A DNA stretch of 64,000 nt from Bacteroidota bacterium (GTDB lineage Bacteria > Bacteroidota > Bacteroidia > Bacteroidales > CAIXZF01): assembly GCA_022709385.1 (NCBI GenBank), contig JAKLIX010000010.1, forward strand, positions 89,529-153,528, written 5' to 3'. Position 1 is the first letter of the stretch; every line of letters begins with the position of its first letter. The notes under the pieces are model-generated. The model saw nothing but the letters and a program-made list of their open reading frames with translations. It was not told the DNA's origin and made no database searches. Positions 1-9,297 of this stretch are shown one piece after another. The translations under genes were made by a program, and so were the position numbers.

Positions 1-1101
1 CAGTTCAATGCTGAGCCCGCTGCCCGCTTTCACTTTCTGCCAGGCAATCCTGCTGCCGTCTGTCGCCCAGATCAGCAGATCGCCCTTTCCGGTGAGCGCA
101 CTGGTTTTCCCGTCCTTAGCGGTGGTGGTCTTAAGGATGGGGAAAAACTCAGCGTAATTGAATAATCTGAATTCGACAGTTGCATTCCTGACCGGCCTGC
201 CGCTGCTGTCGGTCACCCTGATGAAGGTATAAGCTGCATCAGCATAATTCTGTATCAGGTTTAGTTCGGAAAAGCGCTCCTGCCGCTGGATGACCGGCTC
301 ATGACCAAAATAGGGTCCGTACACCCTGGCATGGACCAGCATGGTTCTTTTTGCCGGTTCTTCAAACCAGCCTTTATCCAGGCAGTGCGCCGGTTCGCAG
401 GCTCCCATGAAGTGCCACTTCCCGTCTATCCATACTTCCACCCAGGCATGGTTGTCGTCGGTGTGGGCCCAGCGCGGGGTGTAGACCTGCCTCGCTGGGA
501 TGCCGGCTGCTCTTAAAGCGGCCACCGTGAAGGTGGATTCTTCACCGCACCTGCCCCAGGAAGTGCGCATGGTGGCGAGGGGTGCGCTGGTACGTTCATC
601 ACTGCCCCGGTAAGTCACTTTTTCATGACACCAGTGATTGATCTCCAGGGCCGCGTCTTGCATCGACAGGCCTCGGACCCTTTCCCTGAGTTCGGGGTAT
701 ACCGCAGAACGGAAAGTGTCAAGATTCTCGTTGTTCACCCTGAGCGGCAGGACGAAATGAAGGAATACCGCTTCCGGGATCGATCTGCCCCAGGGCATCT
801 CTTCCCTGGCTTTCAGACTGGCCCGGACTTCCTTCAGGAAAAACTTTCCGTCATAATCTGCCAGGTCGGACAGGGGAGCGAAGGCAAGCAGGAAGCGCAT
901 GGCATCTGTTTCAAGGCTGGTCAGTCCTGAATCCAGAACCCCAAACAGGGCAGTGTCCCTGCCTTTGGCCAGTTCCCTGGTTTTGTCGAACATCCGGTCG
1001 GTTTCCGCACGGTAGGCAACCTGACGGATCAGCCTTTCTTCCCGGTGGCAGGAGGAAAAGAACAGTGTCAGTGTGATGGCAGTGAGAAGCAGTTTTTTCA
1101 T
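1..1101 (-). CDS. Transglutaminase-like (Cys/His/Asp core) lipoprotein; C-terminus runs off the window start
   Basis: Absent from the supplied ORF track because it is open at the window edge. My minus-strand translation from the ATG at 1099-1101 reads MKKLLLTAITLTLFFSSCHREE (lipobox FSSC). It continues TSWGRCGEESTFTVAALRAAGIPARQVYTPRWAHTDDNHAWVEVWIDGKWHFMGACEP, a transglutaminase-core signature. The frame stays open to base 1. Confidence 0.75.
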   Translation of the reverse strand, partial: MKKLLLTAITLTLFFSSCHREERLIRQVAYRAETDRMFDKTRELAKGRDTALFGVLDSGLTSLETDAMRFLLAFAPLSDLADYDGKFFLKEVRASLKAREEMPWGRSIPEAVFLHFVLPLRVNNENLDTFRSAVYPELRERVRGLSMQDAALEINHWCHEKVTYRGSDERTSAPLATMRTSWGRCGEESTFTVAALRAAGIPARQVYTPRWAHTDDNHAWVEVWIDGKWHFMGACEPAHCLDKGWFEEPAKRTMLVHARVYGPYFGHEPVIQRQERFSELNLIQNYADAAYTFIRVTDSSGRPVRNATVEFRLFNYAEFFPILKTTTAKDGKTSALTGKGDLLIWATDGSRIAWQKVKAGSGLSIEL

Positions 1102-1120
1102 ATACATGGTTTAAGTGCCG

Positions 1121-1128
1121 CAAAGGTA
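1121..1128 (-). promoter_or_regulatory. Bacteroidota -7 box TACCTTTG (TAnnTTTG)
   Basis: Plus strand reads caaaggta, which is TACCTTTG on the minus strand. It lies 19 nt upstream of the ATG at 1101. Confidence 0.4.
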
Positions 1129-1145
1129 GTGAATGGGGGGGTCTG

Positions 1146-1202
1146 AAAAAGGGATGTCATCCCGGCGTTGATTTAAATCAATGCCGGGATGACATCCCTT
1201 TT
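1146..1202 (-). terminator. Rho-independent terminator hairpin after the DUF2202-like gene
   Basis: Perfect 21-bp stem aaaaagggatgtcatcccggc / gccgggatgacatcccttttt with a 16-nt loop. Each arm includes an A/T run. It sits between two minus-strand genes. Confidence 0.6.
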
Positions 1203-1298
1203 GACAGTTTCGCCCTGAATACCTTGTAAAATATATGGTTCTGCGGTAAAAGACCAGACCATTCCCCAGCACAAGCCCGGCTTCTTCCTTTCGCCTTC

Positions 1299-1982
1299 TT
1301 ATTGAACTATCGCATCAAGTTCTGCCTGCGTGATGTACTGAGCCATATAGGTAACACCCCTGAATTTCAAATGATTATAAAAGGCCTTCATGTGGTTTTT
1401 TGAACCTTTTAAAAGATTGTTCAGAACAAAAACGATATCGGGATTATCGATTCCGTTGCCGAGGTGATGCTGGATATCATAGATATCATAATCTTCAATC
1501 GTTGCACCGACGTACAGGGCATCCACAAGGGACTGACTACCCTGGGCAAGCAGCGCGTTATACAATGTCTGTATATCCTGGTTGCTGAAAATACCCGGCT
1601 GATGACCTGCAGCGGGATCCGGCAACTGGTACTTGTTCAGCATGAAAAGAATGGCATTGGCATGAGCTTGTTCGGACTTTGATATATTGTTAAACACCGG
1701 CAGATTCCACAGTGCTTTCATGGCAAGATATATGTCTCTTGCCATCAGTTCCTCCTCTCTGATGAAAGTCAGGGCGGTGATCTCGGCGGAATCCAGTGTG
1801 GATGGACTGGCAGGGTTAAAGCTCATTAGTTTGGCAGCCAGGGCTGCATCTTCAACAAACAATTCCGCTGATACCGCATCTGCGGTCATAGCTTCTTCAT
1901 CGTTTGTCTTTGAACAGGAAAGCAGGAATGAAGCGCTCGCAACTGATGCCAGCAGAATCGTGAAAAACCAATTTGTTCTCAT
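1299..1982 (-). CDS. Ferritin-like DUF2202-type lipoprotein
   Basis: Signal peptide with lipobox (FLLSCSK). Motifs EEELMARDIYLAM, ISKSEQAHANAILFMLNKY and NLLKGSKNHMKAF match my memory of DUF2202 ferritin-like proteins. Confidence 0.65.
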   Translation of the reverse strand: MRTNWFFTILLASVASASFLLSCSKTNDEEAMTADAVSAELFVEDAALAAKLMSFNPASPSTLDSAEITALTFIREEELMARDIYLAMKALWNLPVFNNISKSEQAHANAILFMLNKYQLPDPAAGHQPGIFSNQDIQTLYNALLAQGSQSLVDALYVGATIEDYDIYDIQHHLGNGIDNPDIVFVLNNLLKGSKNHMKAFYNHLKFRGVTYMAQYITQAELDAIVQ

Positions 1983-2149
1983 AGGGTTTAAGATTTAAAA
2001 AGCTAAATAAGTGAATTAATCAATATTATGACAAATCACAGGCGGATATCTTGCGGAGGGTGTCGAAAATTTTCTTGAGGCGGGTAAAGACGCGGCTTGA
2101 GCGCGTGTGCGCGTGTGCAGCGTTTGCACGTATGCACGTGGCGTGGGAA

Positions 2150-2195
2150 CGTGAAAACGATATACCAGCACACTATCATCAGCAAACCAGCACAT
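2150..2195 (-). repeat. Inverted copy of a dispersed intergenic repeat module (GTGTTGATTTGCTGATGATAGTGTGCTGGTATATCGTTT)
   Basis: aaacgatataccagcacactatcatcagcaaaccagcacat is the reverse complement of the module seen at 42159-42196, 54655-54690, 59557-59595 and 59885-59925. Confidence 0.6.
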
Positions 2196-2363
2196 TAGCA
2201 AATATCCACACCAAAAAACTGTAACTTCCCTTTTCCTTCAACCTTCACTTTTATCTTCAATTTTCTGCATTTTCACTTAGATTCAGAATACTTCTAAACA
2301 TCTAAACTAATAAACTACTAAACCGGCTCCTATAGACAAAAACAAGAGATTTGTGACGAACAG

Positions 2364-2384
2364 TAACTTTGTTCGGTACCTTTG
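2364..2384 (+). promoter_or_regulatory. Two tandem TAnnTTTG -7 boxes (TAACTTTG, TACCTTTG)
   Basis: taactttg at 2364-2371 and tacctttg at 2377-2384. The second lies 28 nt upstream of the ATG at 2413. Confidence 0.4.
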
Positions 2385-2412
2385 CACCTCTGTAAACCAA
2401 ATACTCCCATAC

Positions 2413-3045
2413 ATGCGATTCTTTCTTGCATTAATCCTGTTGCCTGTTTTTTCCCAGGGCCAGGAACTGAATGAAATTCAACTGCCTCCGCCCCAGACAT
2501 CGGGCGGTATACCCCTGATGGACGCCCTGAGGGAAAGACATTCGTCCAGGGAATTTTCCGCCAGGAAACCTGATCTCCAAACCCTTTCCGACTTATTATG
2601 GGCCGCCGACGGATTCAACCGTCCAACGGAGCAGAAACGTACGGCACCGAGCTCCATGAACTACCAGGAGATAGATATTTACCTGGCGATGGAAGATGGA
2701 CTGTATTTGTGGGATGCCGTAACAAACAAGCTGAAACCCGTCGTCAGGCGGGATATCCGCGAACATACCGGCAAACAGGATTTCGTGAAGACGGCGGGAC
2801 TGAACCTGGTCTATGTGGCTGATTTTGCCCGGTGCAGGGACGGTAAAACGGAGCATCAGGTGCATGCATCCCATATCAATTCGGGCTTTATTGCACAGAA
2901 TGTTTATCTGTTTTGCGCTTCCCGCGGCCTGAACACCGTAGTCCGGGCTTATTTCGACGCCGGATTGCTGGCAAAGGCCATGGGTCTGACCGAAAACCAG
3001 TTTGTGATCCTGACCCAGACTGTGGGCTTTCCTCCCGGGGAGTGA
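2413..3045 (+). CDS. Nitroreductase-family protein with N-terminal signal peptide
   Basis: MRFFLALILLPVFSQGQE signal peptide. RHSSREFS and the overall pattern fit the nitroreductase/SagB-like fold. I prefer ATG 2413 over the GTG at 2353 because the -7 boxes lie between them. Confidence 0.7.
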   Translation: MRFFLALILLPVFSQGQELNEIQLPPPQTSGGIPLMDALRERHSSREFSARKPDLQTLSDLLWAADGFNRPTEQKRTAPSSMNYQEIDIYLAMEDGLYLWDAVTNKLKPVVRRDIREHTGKQDFVKTAGLNLVYVADFARCRDGKTEHQVHASHINSGFIAQNVYLFCASRGLNTVVRAYFDAGLLAKAMGLTENQFVILTQTVGFPPGE

Positions 3046-3059
3046 TGTAACAGCCTAAG

Positions 3060-4190
3060 ATGGATGCATCAGTTCACTTACTTCCATTGCAGCCCGGCTG
3101 CCATGCCGGGTGCCCGGCATGTCCGCACAGGCATTTCCGGCTGCAGGACAGCCTTGAGGCCAAGGCCGGCTTCCTGAAAGCCAGGCTCTCGCCCTATGCA
3201 GAGGTGCTTGCAGCTGTCCATACGGCAGGAGAGGCTTTCCGCCGGGGATATCGCGATAAGGTATGTCTCGCTGCCGTTTATGAAAGCGGGATGTGGCACA
3301 TCGGGACCCGGAGCAGGGGAAAGGTCATTTCTATTCCCGGATGTCCGGTACACACAGGACGTGTAAGGAATATCCACGCATATTTACTGGATCAACTTCC
3401 TCCTGCGGAAGACTTTCCGCTTGCCTATGTGGTTCAGACTGCAGCCCAGTTGTGTCTGGTGTTGAAATCCCGCTTGCTGCCTGCAGATGAAACACTGGCA
3501 TTCCTGCGGACCCTGATGACAGAAGCCTTTGCCCCGGAAGGGATATGGATTCACCTTCATCCGGCTGCCGGGAAGAAGGTTTTCGGCAAGGGCGGATGGC
3601 ATCTCATTAGCGGGAAAGCGGTTTCGGTGGATGAATCGGGTTTGGTTTATGGGCCGGCGGCTTTTCAGCAGCTTTTACCGGCGCTGTATTATCATGCCCT
3701 GCAAAGCGCCCGTGAATTTCTGTCACCGGGCGATGACAGCCTGCTGGTGGATTTATACAGCGGAACGGGCTCGAGCATCCGTTACTGGGAGCTTCCGCCC
3801 GGCAGGGTGATCGGCGTGGAAGCCGACGGGGAGGCTGTCAGACTGGCCGGGATCAATGTGCCCGCCGTGACCCTGCTGAGGGGGGCCTGCCGTCAGAGAC
3901 TTCCCCAGCTGAATGTCTGGCTGGCGGAAAGAAATGCCGCCGGCAGGAAGCGGCTACTTTATGTCAATCCACCCAGAACCGGGTTGGAGGCGGAGATAAT
4001 CCGCTGGATCATGAGTGATTACAGACCTTCCAGACTGGCATACCTATCATGTTCGGCCGGTACGCTTCGCCGCGACCTTGATCTGCTGGCAGATGCATCC
4101 TACCGCGTCGATAGTCTCATTCCGTATGATTTCTTCCCGGGAACCCGTCATGTGGAGACCCTGGCCTGCCTTTCCGATACCCGGCAGTGA
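3060..4190 (+). CDS. Class I SAM-dependent RNA (m5U, TrmA/RumA-like) methyltransferase
   Basis: N-terminal Cys cluster CHAGCPAC, SAM motif VDLYSGTG, NPPRTGL (motif IV) and YLSCSAGTLRRDL (catalytic Cys motif). Confidence 0.7.
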   Translation: MDASVHLLPLQPGCHAGCPACPHRHFRLQDSLEAKAGFLKARLSPYAEVLAAVHTAGEAFRRGYRDKVCLAAVYESGMWHIGTRSRGKVISIPGCPVHTGRVRNIHAYLLDQLPPAEDFPLAYVVQTAAQLCLVLKSRLLPADETLAFLRTLMTEAFAPEGIWIHLHPAAGKKVFGKGGWHLISGKAVSVDESGLVYGPAAFQQLLPALYYHALQSAREFLSPGDDSLLVDLYSGTGSSIRYWELPPGRVIGVEADGEAVRLAGINVPAVTLLRGACRQRLPQLNVWLAERNAAGRKRLLYVNPPRTGLEAEIIRWIMSDYRPSRLAYLSCSAGTLRRDLDLLADASYRVDSLIPYDFFPGTRHVETLACLSDTRQ

Positions 4191-4252
4191 GAAGGAAAGC
4201 ATGTTTTTTTTAGCGTATTTAAAAAGTATTTGTCCATGTCAGGAAAATCATG

Positions 4253-4260
4253 TAGGTTTG
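4253..4260 (+). promoter_or_regulatory. -7 box TAGGTTTG
   Basis: Matches TAnnTTTG and lies 22 nt upstream of the ATG at 4283. Confidence 0.4.
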
Positions 4261-4282
4261 GCCACATATAAATGCAGTCCTT

Positions 4283-5164
4283 ATGTCACGTTTCCTAACC
4301 ATTCCTGAAGAGATACTGCTGCTTTCCATCGACGAGAGCGGCGGGATCAGCCCCGAAAGCAAAACCCTCGATGTGGTCATCGCCAGCGCATTGCTGATGG
4401 ATCTTGCCATCCGCAAGCGCATCGATTCCGACCTGCATTACCTGATCCATGTGGACGGTTCCCCCACGGGTGATGCCGTTCTGGATGATGCCCTTACCTT
4501 TTTGTTTGAAGATAAAACCCAGAAAGCGCCGGTCTACTGGATCTCACAGCTCGGACTGCGTGCCGACGCCTACAAGGAAGACCTGCTGGCGAGTCTCGTG
4601 CTGAAGCGGGTACTAAAGGTGGAAAACAAACGCATCCTGTGGATGTTTGCCACACGCCGGTATCCGGTGATCGGCAACCAGGAACTCAAGGAGGTGAAGG
4701 CCAGGGTCAGGGAGCTCATCTTCGGCAATGAACTGCCTGAGTTGCAGGATATGGCCATCATCAGCCTGGCATATTACGGCTCTCTGCTGGAGCTGATCTT
4801 CGCCCCGGAAGAAATAGACCAGTATCTGCCCAGGATTGAGCAAATCGCCCGCATGGATCTGATCGGGCAGAATATTGGCAAAGCGCTCCACGAACTGTCG
4901 CTTTCTTTCCAGATCAGTTCAAAAGCCAAAGCCTTGCTTGGGATTAAAACACCTGAACAGAAGCTTGAAGAGCTCGTACTGGAGATCAGAACCAAGTTCC
5001 GTATCGAAAAAGACGAGGATCTTCCCGCCTGGCTGCGGAAAGGGACGGATCAGTACCGGAAAACATTACAGTTCATTGACAAGGAAGGCACTTCCGATGT
5101 GTATTATCATCCCGGCAAGCAGCAGTATTTTGTCAGGGATTATGCGTCTGTGTTCTCACGTTGA
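4283..5164 (+). CDS. GPP34/GOLPH3-family protein
   Basis: The N-terminus LTIPEEILLLSIDESGG...LDVVIASALLMDLAIRKRI is typical of bacterial GPP34-domain proteins. Confidence 0.6.
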   Translation: MSRFLTIPEEILLLSIDESGGISPESKTLDVVIASALLMDLAIRKRIDSDLHYLIHVDGSPTGDAVLDDALTFLFEDKTQKAPVYWISQLGLRADAYKEDLLASLVLKRVLKVENKRILWMFATRRYPVIGNQELKEVKARVRELIFGNELPELQDMAIISLAYYGSLLELIFAPEEIDQYLPRIEQIARMDLIGQNIGKALHELSLSFQISSKAKALLGIKTPEQKLEELVLEIRTKFRIEKDEDLPAWLRKGTDQYRKTLQFIDKEGTSDVYYHPGKQQYFVRDYASVFSR

Positions 5165-5193
5165 TATTAATTACTTGATAATCAATTATTGCA

Positions 5194-5520
5194 ATGGAAT
5201 TAAAGATTTCAACAGAAAATGATATCCGTTATGTCGAGGTGAGCGGACGCCTCGATGCGGTAATCTCCGCCGGGCTTCAGGACAAGCTGATGGACCTGGT
5301 GCAGGCCGGGCATAAGAAAATGCTGGTCTGCATGGATCAGGTTGAGTACATCTCCAGTTCGGGGCTGCGTGCTTTCCTGGCGGTGGCAAAGAAAGTAGGC
5401 CATGACGGTTTCATCCGCTTTTGCTGTATGCAGCCGGGTGTGAAGGAGGTATTCACAATTTCCGGTTTTAACTCCATCTTCGGAATCTACGATACCAAAG
5501 AAGAAGGTTTGGCCGGTTAA
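5194..5520 (+). CDS. STAS-domain anti-sigma-factor antagonist (SpoIIAA-like)
   Basis: 108 aa. The motif VEYISSSGLRAFLAV and the size fit the STAS fold. Confidence 0.8.
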   Translation: MELKISTENDIRYVEVSGRLDAVISAGLQDKLMDLVQAGHKKMLVCMDQVEYISSSGLRAFLAVAKKVGHDGFIRFCCMQPGVKEVFTISGFNSIFGIYDTKEEGLAG

Positions 5521-5615
5521 AAACCGCCTTGGCGGCGTCAGCCAATCCTCCGGGCTTCCAGGTTTTCACTGCTCAAACGGAGGAAATAATCTTTTTCATC
5601 CATAACTCCGGAAGC

Positions 5616-6392
5616 ATGCGTACGATTGGTATTATCGGCGGGTCAGGCCTCGAAAAGCCGGAACATTTCGAATTCAGGGAAGAGATCAGGCTTAGCACGC
5701 CTTATGGGGAGCCGAGTTCTACTTTAAGATCAGGCATGATCGCCGGGGCGCGCGTGCTATTCCTCTCGCGGCATGACCGGGATCACAGCATTCCTCCCAC
5801 CTTCATCAACAACAGGGCTAACATTGCAGCGCTGAAAGCTGCCGGTTGTGACTGCATCCTTGCTTCGGCCGCATGCGGGAGCCTTCGGGAGGAGATCCGC
5901 CCGGGTGACCTGGTGATACCCGATCAGTTCATCGATTTTACCCGTTTGCGGCCATTGAGCTTTTTTGAACATTTTGAAGATGGAAAGCTGATGCATGTGG
6001 CCATGCCGGATCCTTTTGCCGCTCCTTTAAGGAAGGCATTGATCAGCGCCTGTGAGGCATGCGCTTACCCTGCCCATCAGACTGCCACCATCATCACCAT
6101 TGAAGGATCCCGTTTTTCGACCCGCGCCGAATCGCGCATGTTCCGTGCATGGGGCGCCGACCTGGTGAATATGTCTACCGCACCCGAAGTCATTCTGGCC
6201 AATGAGGCCGGGCTGCCCTATGCCGTCATCGCAGTCAGTACCGACTATGATGCCTGGCGCGAACATGACGAAGCCGTTTCCTGGGAGCTGATCCTTGAAA
6301 CCTTCGCAAAAAATGTGGACCGCGTGACCAGGGTCATGATCAAAACCATCGAAAGCCTGAATCAGCTCAATCCGCAGGCCGGGAGTCACTGA
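5616..6392 (+). CDS. mtnP: S-methyl-5'-thioadenosine phosphorylase
   Basis: MRTIGIIGGSGL, FLSRHDRDHSIPP, ITIEGSRFSTRAES and DLVNMSTAPE are PNP/MTAP family motifs. I prefer ATG 5616 to the upstream non-ATG start at 5529. Confidence 0.85.
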   Translation: MRTIGIIGGSGLEKPEHFEFREEIRLSTPYGEPSSTLRSGMIAGARVLFLSRHDRDHSIPPTFINNRANIAALKAAGCDCILASAACGSLREEIRPGDLVIPDQFIDFTRLRPLSFFEHFEDGKLMHVAMPDPFAAPLRKALISACEACAYPAHQTATIITIEGSRFSTRAESRMFRAWGADLVNMSTAPEVILANEAGLPYAVIAVSTDYDAWREHDEAVSWELILETFAKNVDRVTRVMIKTIESLNQLNPQAGSH

Positions 6393-9297
6393 GGATACGG
6401 TAAAACATTTCGTGCAGCCTGGTACGGATGTTCATGTCTGCCAGTCGTTTATTACCTGCATCGGGATGTATCCTGCTCGAAAGAAAGACGAACAGCATCC
6501 GGTTGGCGGGATCTGCCCAGATATAGGTTCCGGTAAACCCGCTGTGGCCGTAACTGTAGGAGGAAGCACTCCCGCACACCGGACCGTTTGTCATGGGCAT
6601 CAGCGGCGGTTTGTCGAATCCGAGTCCCCTGCGGTTGCCGTCTTCTGCAAAGGGGGCAGACGTAAAAATCTTGACAGTCTCAGGATCGAAATACCGGACG
6701 CCGGCATAGGTGCCTTCGTTGAGCAGCATCTGCATCAGGATGGCCAGGTCGGAAGCGCAGGAAAACAGTCCGGCATGCCCGGCAAGCCCGCCCATCAGGG
6801 CGGCTGCCTGGTCGTGGACACTTCCTCTGAGTAAAGTGTCGCGGAAAACGGTATCGTTTTCCGTCGGCATGATGCGTTCCGGCGGAAATTTCTCCAGCGG
6901 CCGGAAGGTCATGGTACTCATGCCAAGAGGTCCGTAAAAATGATGCTGCAGGTAATCTTCAAAGGCTGTGTCCGTCACGGCCTCCACTACCTCTTTTAAA
7001 AGGATGAAACCAAGGTCGCTGTACCTGTATTTACCCCTTCCTTCCACAGGGGAGGTCATGATCATGCTGCGGATGGTGTCGGCATAATCCTTCCGCAGGT
7101 AAAGGCCTGGTGACACGGGAATACTGTAATTGCTGTCGCGGACCGGCCTGAATATCATGGTGTCTGGTTTTCCCTGATGCAGAAAGGACTCATAGAACGG
7201 GATCCAGGCCTGAAGGCCGGCCTGGTGGGCCATGATTTCCTTGAGGTGCAGGTTTTTTTTGTTTGTCTTTCTGAGCCAGGGAAGGTAATGGCTGATTCTG
7301 TCATCCAGATCGATGCGACCTTCTTCGCAGAGTTTCATGACGGCCAGGGTGGTTGCCGCGACTTTGGTGAGGGAGGCCAGGTCGTACAGGTCGGTGAGGC
7401 CTGCAACTTGTCCGGAAGTGTAATCCGCCGTACCGTATGCCTTGTGATAAAACACCTTCCCGTCACGGGCACAAAGTACCTGACAAGCGGGGTAAGCTTT
7501 CATCTCTATACCCTGTAAAATGAGCGAATCGACGGCGGCAAGGGATGCTTCCGGGATGCCCGCTTCGGCCGGACATACATATTTCAGTACATCCAGTGTT
7601 TCTGCGTCGAGGCCGTGACCTTCCCGGTAGGTGTCCGAAACACTCACAGGAAGGTTTCCGCTGAAAGAGGAAGCCCCGAAAATGGCCTGAGACGCCAGAT
7701 CATAAGTAATCGGATTGTCCTGGTAAAAGGCAATCAAGGCAGCAGCGCGATTCACACCAGGTATCTTCCCGAAGGCATATGGATTGCCGAAAAAGCACAA
7801 TACCGTCTTCTTCCTGTTCATCAGGCTGTCAAGGAAAGCCAGTCCCTGGGATGTCATCCCGAATTGCCTTTCTGCATATATGCTGGTATTGACCCATGAG
7901 GCGATGACGAGATTGTAATCGCTCAGCAGCTTCAGCAGGGAATCAGATCCGGCCGGGCTGACATTGCCGGGAATGCAGATATGCCGGACAGGAGCATAGC
8001 GTTCCATTCCGCGCTGGAAATCTGTCACTGTCGCACTGCCAAGGCAGATGCCGGCGATTCTAAGCGTATCAAACCGTTTCAGCGGGATCAGGTGATCATC
8101 GTTCTTCAGCAGGGTGAATGCCTGTCGAAGGATAGCCCGGTGCAGGCTGTCGTCGGAAGCCGGGTTGAGGTCGCGGATAAGATGCTCCGGATCACCCGCT
8201 TTCCAGGGCAGTGGTATGTATTTTTCTTTGAATTTCAGTACTTTCAGACACTTTTCATCGATGTCTTCCGGCCAGATCAGGCAACTGTCCACAGCCTGCC
8301 TGATGGCAGCCATGGCCTTATCCGGGTCCTGCGGCATCAGCAGGATATCATTCCCGGCCAGCAGGGCTTTGACCTCAATCTCCCCAGCCGGGTAGAAATT
8401 TGTTACGCCCCCCATTTCAAGGGCATCGGTGATGATCAGTCCTTTAAAACGATATTCTTTCCTGAGAATGTCATTCAGGATCAGGGGTGACAGGCTTGAG
8501 GCCGCATTGGGTGTGGAGTCCAGCACAGGAACGGCAAGGTGTGCCGTCATAATCCCTTCCAGGCCTTCGCTGATCAATTCCCTGAATGGGTAGAGTTCGA
8601 GCGAGTCGAGGAAAGTCCTGGTATGTTTGATCACCGGAAGAGTGTAATGCGAATCCGATCCCGTGTCCCCATGTCCGGGAAAGTGTTTGGCCGTGTGAAG
8701 GACGGCCTCCTTTTGCAGCCCCCTGACGTACATTTTTCCCCTGGTTGTGACCTTTTCCCTGTTTTCACCGAAACTCCTGCTGTTGATCACGGGATTTGCC
8801 GGGTTGCTGTTGATATCGACCACCGGTGCGAAATTGATATGGATGCCCAGCCTGCGGCATCCCTTGCCGATGCTGCGGGCCATCAGGTAGACCAGGCTGT
8901 CGTTGTCGGATGCGCCCAGCGTCATCGCATAAGGGAAACCGGGGGTGCTGTCGAGCCGCATGGCCAGTCCCCTTTCCGCATCCATGGCCACGAAGAGCGG
9001 AACGGACGAAAGCTTTTGCCACTCATTGGTCGCCTGCAGTTGTCTGGCCGGGTTGCCTTTAAAAAACACGACACCACCGATGCCGTATCTGCTGATCCAT
9101 TCCCCGACCCTGGTGTTTAAAGTGTTGTCTTTGTTGGCCCTGACGAAAATAAGCTGGGCAATTTTCTGGTCCTGGCTGAGGGTGCTGAACACTGAATCTG
9201 CCCAGCCCTGTTTCCATGAGCCTGTAAATACTTCAGATCCCCTGGCTGCATGAAGGAATACCAGGTTCAAAAGAACAAGCCACAGCGCAAACCTCAT
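6367..9297 (-). CDS. Fusion protein: GH3 beta-N-acetylhexosaminidase (NagZ-like) N-terminal part plus serine beta-lactamase/PBP-fold C-terminal part
   Basis: GH3 motifs KHFPGHGDTGSDSH and IITDALEMGG. The C-terminal half has LASLTKV (SxxK) and a beta-lactamase-fold pattern. There is a signal peptide. Its ATG overlaps the GH57 stop (TAATG). Confidence 0.8.
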   Translation of the reverse strand: MRFALWLVLLNLVFLHAARGSEVFTGSWKQGWADSVFSTLSQDQKIAQLIFVRANKDNTLNTRVGEWISRYGIGGVVFFKGNPARQLQATNEWQKLSSVPLFVAMDAERGLAMRLDSTPGFPYAMTLGASDNDSLVYLMARSIGKGCRRLGIHINFAPVVDINSNPANPVINSRSFGENREKVTTRGKMYVRGLQKEAVLHTAKHFPGHGDTGSDSHYTLPVIKHTRTFLDSLELYPFRELISEGLEGIMTAHLAVPVLDSTPNAASSLSPLILNDILRKEYRFKGLIITDALEMGGVTNFYPAGEIEVKALLAGNDILLMPQDPDKAMAAIRQAVDSCLIWPEDIDEKCLKVLKFKEKYIPLPWKAGDPEHLIRDLNPASDDSLHRAILRQAFTLLKNDDHLIPLKRFDTLRIAGICLGSATVTDFQRGMERYAPVRHICIPGNVSPAGSDSLLKLLSDYNLVIASWVNTSIYAERQFGMTSQGLAFLDSLMNRKKTVLCFFGNPYAFGKIPGVNRAAALIAFYQDNPITYDLASQAIFGASSFSGNLPVSVSDTYREGHGLDAETLDVLKYVCPAEAGIPEASLAAVDSLILQGIEMKAYPACQVLCARDGKVFYHKAYGTADYTSGQVAGLTDLYDLASLTKVAATTLAVMKLCEEGRIDLDDRISHYLPWLRKTNKKNLHLKEIMAHQAGLQAWIPFYESFLHQGKPDTMIFRPVRDSNYSIPVSPGLYLRKDYADTIRSMIMTSPVEGRGKYRYSDLGFILLKEVVEAVTDTAFEDYLQHHFYGPLGMSTMTFRPLEKFPPERIMPTENDTVFRDTLLRGSVHDQAAALMGGLAGHAGLFSCASDLAILMQMLLNEGTYAGVRYFDPETVKIFTSAPFAEDGNRRGLGFDKPPLMPMTNGPVCGSASSYSYGHSGFTGTYIWADPANRMLFVFLSSRIHPDAGNKRLADMNIRTRLHEMFYRILSDSRPAD

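Noticed and set aside
301-1123. Three short ORFs (301-516 +, 625-930 +, 911-1123 -)
   Set aside because: They overlap the much longer minus-strand transglutaminase-like frame, which has a lipoprotein signal and a catalytic signature. They have no motifs of their own.
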